A DNA stretch of 64,000 nt from Guillardia theta CCMP2712. Its lineage: Eukaryota > Protista > Cryptophyta. A model generated the notes under the pieces. That model saw nothing but the letters and a program-made list of their open reading frames with translations, ran no database searches and was not told where the DNA came from. Location of the stretch: assembly GCF_000315625.1 (NCBI RefSeq), contig NW_005434664.1, forward strand, positions 1-64,000. Direction: 5' to 3'. Shown here piece after piece: positions 1 to 7,214 of this stretch. How positions within the stretch are numbered: position 1 is the first letter of the stretch; the number at the start of each line of letters is the position of its first letter. The position numbers were made by a program, and so were the translations under genes.

Positions 1-1235
1 GTGTTGCCGCCGTTGCACAGCCCCTCCATCTCCTTCCTCGTGAAGCGACCAGATGCCGCCGTCGACTTGATGATGATCTTGATCTCCTTGCCGTCCTTGC
101 CGCCTGCCTTCTTCTGCAGTCTTGATGCCTTCTTCAACTTATTTCTGGACACAAAGCGATCGGCTGTCAACTCGACTGCGAGCGCCTCTCTGATCTTCGG
201 GTCCTCGCTGAACAGAGTCAGGTGTACTCCCTCCATCGCTTCGCTCTCTCGGAAAGCTCGAAATGCTGTATCATTCGCCTCTGGGCAGCTCGAGGAGACG
301 ATCCACTCCACCTCCCTCTGTCTCCAGATGACGTTGGCCCCTACAGCGACGAAGCCTTTCTGACCTAAGCCTTTGTGGACTTGCTGGCCTGGCGCCCCAG
401 CGACCAGCATGCCTGCCAGCGGCTGGAGTTGGACCGCTGCAAGGGACTGGCGCAGCAGCTGATAGCGATAGACGGCAGCTATCTCAGCCGTTGTCATGCC
501 GCCCAAGGTTAGCAGGTGAGTCAGCTCTGCCAAGCTGCCCCCTTTGCCCCAGGGTCCTCTCTTGGCTCGAATCTTGAAAGATCGATCGTGCACGATGCTC
601 ACATGTACAGCTGTGAACTTGCGACCATCGATCGCGAAGTCCTCTCTTCCCTGCCAGAGCTTCTCCGCTTGTGCATTGCGGAGGAAGGAAACAGTCACCG
701 GGATCTCCTCAGCACTCGCTATCTCGGGTCTATACGGAGCCTTCCACATGATTGCTTTACTCTCTTGCACTGAGTCTACGATCAGTCCGATCTCTTCAAA
801 TTTCTTCTTCAGCTTTTCTTCATGGTTGACATACACCGAGGAGATGCCCAGGAGAGTCATGGAGATGAAGGAAGTCACCTCGTTGCCTGCTGAGGCGGTG
901 TATGTCTCGACCTTCTCCTTCTTGGCTTCTTCAATCTGCTGCATAAACCACTCTCTGGATGCGTCACTCCATCCAGTCATCGCTTCTTGCAGAAGCTCAC
1001 GTCGTGCCTGCTGACATGTCGAGCGGATGGCTTCTGCGATAGCGTCGGGGGTGCATCCCTCCACAGCCTTGCAAGCCTGGGCTGTCCTGCTGTTCGGATA
1101 ACGCTTCGCGAAGCTCTTCACCCTCTCGACGAGATCAGCTTCGAGGACAGAGGCATCCACAAGTCCGCTCTGCGTGTATTGGCATGATCTCCGATACAGC
1201 AGGTTGCGAACATTTTCATCATACTGAAGAACCAT
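1..1235 (-). CDS. Element ORF, copy A (3' part runs off the window)
   Basis: Same frame as the copy-B ORF, first in-frame ATG at 1235. No stop or indel relative to copy B seen. Confidence 0.8.
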   Translation of the reverse strand, partial: MVLQYDENVRNLLYRRSCQYTQSGLVDASVLEADLVERVKSFAKRYPNSRTAQACKAVEGCTPDAIAEAIRSTCQQARRELLQEAMTGWSDASREWFMQQIEEAKKEKVETYTASAGNEVTSFISMTLLGISSVYVNHEEKLKKKFEEIGLIVDSVQESKAIMWKAPYRPEIASAEEIPVTVSFLRNAQAEKLWQGREDFAIDGRKFTAVHVSIVHDRSFKIRAKRGPWGKGGSLAELTHLLTLGGMTTAEIAAVYRYQLLRQSLAAVQLQPLAGMLVAGAPGQQVHKGLGQKGFVAVGANVIWRQREVEWIVSSSCPEANDTAFRAFRESEAMEGVHLTLFSEDPKIREALAVELTADRFVSRNKLKKASRLQKKAGGKDGKEIKIIIKSTAASGRFTRKEMEGLCNGGN

Positions 1236-1327
1236 ACTTAGAAAGCTATTTGAAGTATACAAACCTCTCGCTTGCAGCTTCCTTGGCGCCCTGGCGGCTT
1301 CCCCTACACCTGGCAAGGGGCCATGCT
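1..1327 (-). mobile_element. Telomere-embedded element, distal copy A (cut by the window edge)
   Basis: Matches 2704-4030 (offset 2703) with 6 substitutions seen. Same junction ...gggccatgct|cctaaa with telomere repeats. Confidence 0.85.
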
Positions 1328-1373
1328 CCTAAACCCTAAACCCTAAACCCTAAACCCTAAACCCTAAACCCTA
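1328..1373 (+). repeat. Telomeric tract (CCCTAAA)n, ~6.5 units
   Basis: CCTAAA + 5x CCCTAAA + CCCTA read directly. Confidence 0.99.
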
Positions 1374-1397
1374 TTATTATTATTATGTGAGTTTATT
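1372..1397 (-). terminator. Polyadenylation signal AATAAA (1397-1392) and (TAA)n tail (1386-1372)
   Basis: + strand reads ccct-attattattattat-gtgag-tttatt. Confidence 0.75.
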
Positions 1398-1548
1398 AGA
1401 ATGCTAGAATGTTGCTCGGCCTCGTTGTGGGCTTGTGCAATTGGATCCTAGTCTAAAGAGGCGCGCGAGCACTGGGAGTACACGGCCTACAATGCGAACC
1501 CTGCTTCTGAGGCGTCTTTCTACTTTCTACTTCTGCTGTCTTCTCTTG

Positions 1549-1756
1549 GCTTCCTCAGCCTCAGTCAGGAGAGTTGCCTCTCCTCACCTTGGCCTTCGGT
1601 CGCCACCTACTCTACCTCCATTCAGCTTCCTCAGCCTCAGTCAGGAGAGTTGCCTCTCCTCACCTTGGCCTTCGGTCGCCACCTACTCGTCCTCCATTCA
1701 GCTTCCTCAGCCTCAGTCAGGAGAGTTGCCTCTCCTCACCTTGGCCTTCGGTCGCC
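1549..1756. repeat. 76-bp tandem repeat, 2.7 copies, in the element 3' UTR
   Basis: Units start at 1549, 1625 and 1701 (gcttcctcagcctcagtcaggagagttgcctctcctcacc...). Each contains the inverted repeat aggagag-ttgc-ctctcct. Confidence 0.97.
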
Positions 1757-1787
1757 TCCTTCCTTCTCTCCTTACCTTGGGCTCAGC

Positions 1788-3938
1788 TCAAGCTCGGTAC
1801 GGGCTCGCCCCGTCTTCTTCCTCGGCGCCCTCGCCTTGCTCTTCCTCCATGTCTTCCTCTTCTTCGTCATCTTCCCTCATCTCCACTCGCAGTCGGTCCT
1901 TCTTGTCCACCTTCAGCGAGCAGGCCAGCACATGCATCTCTGCGAATTTACTCAGTGCTATGAACAGGAAGCTAAGAGATCGACGCTCTATGTCGTCGCT
2001 CTCCGCCTCCTGCTCAAGCTCAGCAGCTGCCGTTGCCCGTGGCGAGAACGCGCTGCCCCTCCTTGCCTTCTTGCTCTCTCCTTGCACGCGAGTCCAGCGC
2101 TTGCTCTGCAGCCACTTCCCCAGCTTCTCCTTGAGAACGTTGCGCCCAACTCCCTGCTCCTCTGGCATCTTCGCCCACTCTCCCAGCGCCATGAACTCCA
2201 GGCTCCCCGGAGAGTAGAAGGTGTCGTGGAGGTTGCCGACGGCCTTGTCCAGGACCAGCTTGATCGGCTCGCTCGTCCCTGCCTCGTTCAAAGAAGCTGC
2301 ATCTTCGATGACTGCTGACAGCTCGCTGACGAGCTGCATGTCCTCTTGGCTTGACGGAGATGCTGCCTCCATTGTGATCCTCTCCAGGTCTGTAAACTCC
2401 AGCCACTCTCCCTCGCTCTCCTCCTGTCGCTGCGCTGCGTCGCTGGTGCCCCGCTGACCAGCCGCCTCAGAGTCAGGCTCCTTGTCGAAGCCGACTGCTT
2501 CGAGCTTGGTTGCTGCGCCTTCGAGATAGAAGGGCAGCTCCTTCATCATGCGTCGAGCATCCTCCGTGGAGCCGAGGAGGATGCATAGCTTGGACCCGTT
2601 CCAGGACTTGGTGTTCAAATCCTCCTCCATGTCGATGCCTTCAACGTTGATCTCGAGCCTGTTAGCGATCTCCAACAAGACTCTCTTGACTCTTGCGATG
2701 GACGTGTTGCCGCCGTTGCACAGCCCCTCCATCTCCTTCCTCGTGAAGCGACCAGTTGCCGCCGTCGACTTGATGATGATCTTGATCTCCTTGCCGTCCT
2801 TGCCGCCTGCCTTCTTCTGCATCCTTGATGCCTTCTTCAACTTATTTCTGGACACAAAGCGATCGGCTGTCAACTCGACTGCGAGCGCCTCTCTGATCTT
2901 CGGGTCCTCGCTGAACAGAGTCAGGTGTACTCCCTCCATCGCTTCGCTCTCTCGGAAAGCTCGAAATGCTGTATCATTCGCCTCTGGGCAGCTCGAGGAG
3001 ACGATCCACTCCACCTCCCTCTGTCTCCAGATGACGTTGGCCCCTACAGCGATGAAGCCTTTCTGACCTAAGCCTTTGTGGACTTGCTGGCCTGGCGCCC
3101 CAGCGACCAGCATGCCTGCCAGCGGCTGGAGTTGGACCGCTGCAAGGGACTGGCGCAGCAGCTGATAGCGATAGACGGCAGCTATCTCAGCCGTTGTCAT
3201 GCCGCCCAAGGTTAGCAGGTGAGTCAGCTCTGCCAAGCTGCCCCCTTTGCCCCAGGGTCCTCTCTTGGCTCGAATCTTGAAAGATCTATCGTGCACGATG
3301 CTCACATGTACAGCTGTGAACTTGCGACCATCGATCGCGAAGTCCTCTCTTCCCTGCCAGAGCTTCTCCGCTTGTGCATTGCGGAGGAAGGAAACAGTCA
3401 CCGGGATCTCCTCAGCACTCGCTATCTCGGGTCTATACGGAGCCTTCCACATGATTGCTTTACTCTCTTGCACTGAGTCTACGATCAGTCCGATCTCTTC
3501 AAATTTCTTCTTCAGCTTTTCTTCATGGTTGACATACACCGAGGAGATGCCCAGGAGAGTCATGGAGATGAAGGAAGTCACCTCGTTGCCTGCTGAGGCG
3601 GTGTATGTCTCGACCTTCTCCTTCTTGGCTTCCTCAATCTGCTGCATAAACCACTCTCTGGATGCGTCACTCCATCCAGTCATCGCTTCTTGCAGAAGCT
3701 CACGTCGTGCCTGCTGACATGTCGAGCGGATGGCTTCTGCGATAGCGTCGGGGGTGCATCCCTCCACAGCCTTGCAAGCCTGGGCTGTCCTGCTGTTCGG
3801 ATAACGCTTCGCGAAGCTCTTCACCCTCTCGACGAGATCAGCTTCGAGGACAGAGGCATCCACAAGTCCGCTCTGCGTGTATTGGCATGATCTCCGATAC
3901 AGCAGGTTGCGAACATTTTCATCATACTGAAGAACCAT
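1788..3938 (-). CDS. Element ORF, putative ORF1/Gag-like nucleic-acid-binding protein (716 aa from first ATG, frame open back to 4031)
   Basis: Long intronless ORF with RRM-like patterns (MTLLGI..EEKLKKKFEEIG..VTVSF..AQAEKL..IDGRKFTAV and LCILLGSTEDARRMMKE), a basic KKASRMQKK patch and an acidic tail. No YxDD RT, APE, GIY-YIG or CCHC motif seen. Confidence 0.75.
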   Translation of the reverse strand: MVLQYDENVRNLLYRRSCQYTQSGLVDASVLEADLVERVKSFAKRYPNSRTAQACKAVEGCTPDAIAEAIRSTCQQARRELLQEAMTGWSDASREWFMQQIEEAKKEKVETYTASAGNEVTSFISMTLLGISSVYVNHEEKLKKKFEEIGLIVDSVQESKAIMWKAPYRPEIASAEEIPVTVSFLRNAQAEKLWQGREDFAIDGRKFTAVHVSIVHDRSFKIRAKRGPWGKGGSLAELTHLLTLGGMTTAEIAAVYRYQLLRQSLAAVQLQPLAGMLVAGAPGQQVHKGLGQKGFIAVGANVIWRQREVEWIVSSSCPEANDTAFRAFRESEAMEGVHLTLFSEDPKIREALAVELTADRFVSRNKLKKASRMQKKAGGKDGKEIKIIIKSTAATGRFTRKEMEGLCNGGNTSIARVKRVLLEIANRLEINVEGIDMEEDLNTKSWNGSKLCILLGSTEDARRMMKELPFYLEGAATKLEAVGFDKEPDSEAAGQRGTSDAAQRQEESEGEWLEFTDLERITMEAASPSSQEDMQLVSELSAVIEDAASLNEAGTSEPIKLVLDKAVGNLHDTFYSPGSLEFMALGEWAKMPEEQGVGRNVLKEKLGKWLQSKRWTRVQGESKKARRGSAFSPRATAAAELEQEAESDDIERRSLSFLFIALSKFAEMHVLACSLKVDKKDRLRVEMREDDEEEEDMEEEQGEGAEEEDGASPYRA

Positions 3939-4030
3939 ACTTAGAAAGCTATTTGAAGTATACAAACCTCTCGCTTGCAGCTTCCTTGGCGCCCTGGCGG
4001 CTTCCCCTACACCTGGCAAGGGGCCATGCT

Positions 4031-4098
4031 CCTAAACCCTAAACCCTAAACCCTAAACCCTAAACCCTAAACCCTAAACCCTAAACCCTAAACCCTAA
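4031..4098 (+). repeat. Telomeric tract (CCCTAAA)n, ~9.7 units
   Basis: CCTAAA + 8x CCCTAAA + CCCTAA. Confidence 0.99.
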
Positions 4099-4102
4099 GA
4101 CG

Positions 4103-4156
4103 GCAGCTTCCTTCGGTCCCCTTGCGCTCTCCCTATGCGCCGCAGAGCAGCATGCT
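4103..4156 (-). mobile_element. Diverged remnant of the element 5' terminus
   Basis: Ungapped 34/54 identity to 3977-4030, with shared ends gcagcttcctt and catgct. Confidence 0.6.
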
Positions 4157-4239
4157 TCTACTAACGGAACGGCGCCTGCCTGAAATAACGGCGCTTGTAC
4201 TAACGGGCCAGTGCCTGTACGAACGGGCCGGTAAACTTG

Positions 4240-4269
4240 AAACCCTAAACCCTACCCTAAACCCTAAAC
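4240..4269 (+). repeat. Innermost degenerate telomeric tract
   Basis: aaaccctaaaccctaccctaaaccctaaac. Confidence 0.95.
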
Positions 4270-4349
4270 GGTTATATTCTTTGAGAAAGTAACGATCAGT
4301 GTTAAAGATGCGCCTGCTGTTGTCTTTGCCTGCCGGGTCGGGGTGCATT

Positions 4350-5846
4350 ATGGCAAGCGGGAACAAGCAGGCTAACAAGGAGGAGCGGCTGTTTAGCTTC
4401 GCTGCTTGTGGTTGGCTAAAGATATACTTATGTAAGTTAAGAGGATGGGTGAGGTGGCAGACTTTTGGGTGAAGGAGGGCTAGCACGCCAACACTAACTG
4501 TGTTTGCTGACAAGGATTGCATCGTGCAAAGCAATCACGAATTTTCTTGCTTACGAAGTGATAAGATTCCTCAACAGTTGGTGTCGCAAAAGCTCTCCAA
4601 GAGACTGGAATGGCTAATAATGCAAAATTCGTTGGTTCATCGGCAGGTTTGAGTTCAACTGTGCTTTGCTAAGTTCTGAACTCATTTCAGGTTCCTTGGT
4701 GGGTTTAGCACTTGCGTTAGATTTGGACTTCGAAGAAATCAAGGAATTCCAGCTTAACTGCGTAAAACGGACGCATGGCAGTATCAGAGGAGCGCTGAGG
4801 CTCAAGGCATACTTGGACGAGATCATGGACCAGATGCTCCCTGAAGGAGCTTGCGATCAGATTAACGACAGGTCATCTCCTGATATTCTATTGAGTGATT
4901 TACCCCAACGCTCTTGACCTATCAGGCTTGAAATTTCAATTTCCACATTGCCATATTGCCGGAACAAGCGGCTTAATCACTTCAGGGACAATGAATTTTT
5001 GCGGCAAAGCGTGCATGCAAGTTGCTGGTTGCTTCTTGTTGCGTTGCAGTTTCCAGAATGTTTCTAAGTGCACCACTAGTATGGCTCCCCTCTGTGGAAT
5101 GCCTTTTGTGCATGATGGAGATTTAGTTTATGATGGAGCAGTTAGTGACTGGTACTTACTCCTCGTTTACACAGTTCCTAACGACATCGGATTGTCAGGT
5201 TTCACAATGGATTATTCACTGCACCAAAGGGTCATCAAAGTTCGAAAAAGAAAGAGATCAGCGTGACACCCTTTTGGTTTTCTCGAGCTGACATAAAACC
5301 CTCACAGGTCATTGCTTCCTTCCAGAGTCAAACCTGACTTTTTTTTGCAGTATATTCCACTATGGTGGGCGTTGTATCCTCCACGAGTCGAAGATTTTGA
5401 ATGGGTTAGTCTTCTTTGAATGTACATTTATTTCCCTCCTTTGCTGCATTTTGGCTGCTGTAAATGTCTATGTTAGATTCGAAACGCAGGTGTATCATTT
5501 GGGATGTCATGATGGAAAAGTATGGAGCATGCAACAACAAGAGAGTTTGGATGGACAAATAACAAGCGACATATTGCTGCATAAATTTGCTGCAACAGAT
5601 GGAAAACCAAAAGGTGCATTTACACGATCATTTGGTTATCGATCAATTTTGAGGCTAGTTCCCTCGTCTGCATTTGATATGGTACGGTTTGCAGTTTGTT
5701 TCATTTGCAGCTGACTACAACCGCAAGTTGTTGTGGTTGATAATCCTCATTGTTGTGAAACCGTGCGCAATTTGGATCATGTATATGGAGCTGTTCTTAA
5801 GATGTCTCTTGCATCCAGACGAGAACAAGAGAAAGCGGTGAAATAA
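4350..5846 (+). CDS. Patatin-like phospholipase (PNPLA/ATGL type), multi-exon
   Basis: Spliced motifs SFAACGWLKIYLFGV (Gly-rich loop), GSSAG (GxSxG) and YDGA (DGx). An alternative in-frame ATG lies at 4308. TAA ends at 5846. Confidence 0.85.
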
Positions 5847-5899
5847 TCTGCTTGGCTCCATGAACAAAATCTGATTCGCTTTCACAAACACAGATCTAG

Positions 5900-7042
5900 A
5901 GTTTGCGCATCAAGGCTGCGATTGCCGTTCGATGTTCTCACCTGCCAGAGGTACATTTCGACGCTTCTACGAACTCTCATTTACATATCCGTAGCAGGTT
6001 TAGGAAGCAAGTACTGGCATCTTGTTTCAAAATCAGTTTTCACCCTACTTTCAGGAAAGCGATGGTCAAAACAAAGTTGTGGTAGCTAAGAAAGAGCTGT
6101 TTGAGCAGGTAAGCATTCTGGTTCTCTAGATTTAGGAGATCGCTCTCTAAAACTATTTTCAGTCATTCGTATTCAGAGTTTGTATCCACTTCCTGGAAGA
6201 TAAAGATCAAAGCAACGCTTTCTTCAAGTGAGAAATGTTGGCGCGGATGTGATTGTGAACGAATTTGTAGAATACATGAAGTAGGGAATTGGAAATGAAA
6301 AACGGACGCCATGTTTTACTACCAGAAGGGTATGATGAAAACTTTACAGGGCAGGAAATAGCATCTTCCAGTCATCCGCTAAAAACAGTAATACCAAAGC
6401 AAATTTGCAAGTTCTACAAGGGGATCTTCACTGAAGGAATGGTCCATGAGTAAGAGCAGTAATGCACTTGATGCGGTTGCTACGTGAGGAGTTACCAAGC
6501 AAATCTCAATTTTGATTTCAACTGACCTGATGTAGTCAAACTGCTCAGTGCAATAATCAATACGCTTGAGATTCTTGTAGATGTTCGGCCATGTCATGAA
6601 CGATGCACCAGTAGGAGGGACATATGTTGGTGGAGGTTTCTGTACAAGGTTCAGGTCAGATAAAACCGAGGTCATGGATTGACAGGAAAACATCGGAACG
6701 TACCGGCACACCATTCATCAGGGATGATGACGAATGATAGCGCTCAGCAGCAGCGCTGTCATCGCTCAATTTCTGTTGCATCAAAAGCTCAAACATCTGC
6801 AGAAGGGAGAGTCAAATCGAGTGTAAGATCATCAGTAGCAATCAACAATGTGCAAGTTCTCCATGAGAACTACAAGTGCCATCAAATGAACTTGCGGTAA
6901 GATTCACGCAAGCCGACAGAAACTCATTATAATTGACAATCAACTGTATTCCGTGCGACTGTTGGTGATCATGGTCTTCCCCTCTTGTCCCTTTCCTCAT
7001 CACTTCTTTGTGCAGTACTTCTTTCTCGAATCGTGAAACCAT
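5900..7042 (-). CDS. Hypothetical multi-exon protein (boundaries uncertain)
   Basis: Several minus-strand coding-like segments (6842-7105, 6379-6714) separated by GT-AG-like gaps. No recognised motif. Confidence 0.35.
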
Positions 7043-7214
7043 TCTACCGCTCCACTCCTCCGCCGTGATGTCTTTCGCACCCGAAATAGATTCACCAGAC
7101 GTCAAAAAAAGAATTGATTACGATAGTACACTTTTATTTTGACTAAAATCTCTCAGGGAGTCTCCGGACTCGCTCTATTTGTGTTTCAAAAAAACACTTG
7201 ACCTCTTTTGATAG

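Larger units (their letters stand above)
1373..4030 (-). mobile_element. Telomere-embedded ORF1-only non-LTR-like element, complete copy B (~2.66 kb)
   Basis: Flanked on both sides by CCCTAAA tracts. Single long ORF. Minus-strand 3' end AATAAA-CTCAC-(ATA)5-GGGTTTAGGG. Tandem near-identical copy. Confidence 0.8.

Noticed and set aside
1220-1260. ctgaaga...gaaa resembling a hammerhead core (also ~3925-3960)
   Set aside because: Stem II cannot pair and there is no NUH/stem I arrangement.
1549-1756. 76-bp hairpin repeats as a CRISPR array or as a hammerhead/HDV ribozyme
   Set aside because: The units are contiguous with near-identical intervening sequence (no unique spacers) and there are no cas genes. 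CUGAGGA has no matching GAAA/stem II, and the GGCUUCCUCAGCC loop does not fit the HDV L3 and J4/2 consensus.
1-3890. Many + strand ORFs (e.g. 1435-2217, 2548-3066, 3247-3717)
   Set aside because: They are antisense shadows of the long minus-strand ORF and its repeats. The substitution pattern and poly(A) signal favour the minus strand.
1373-4030. Autonomous LINE, Penelope/Athena element or Y'-like helicase
   Set aside because: No RT, endonuclease or Walker/helicase motifs are visible, and the orientation is opposite to end-primed Athena/HeT-A elements.
4159-4204. Two TACTAAC (yeast branch-point) motifs
   Set aside because: No surrounding intron or gene context. They are better explained as part of the AACGG repeats.
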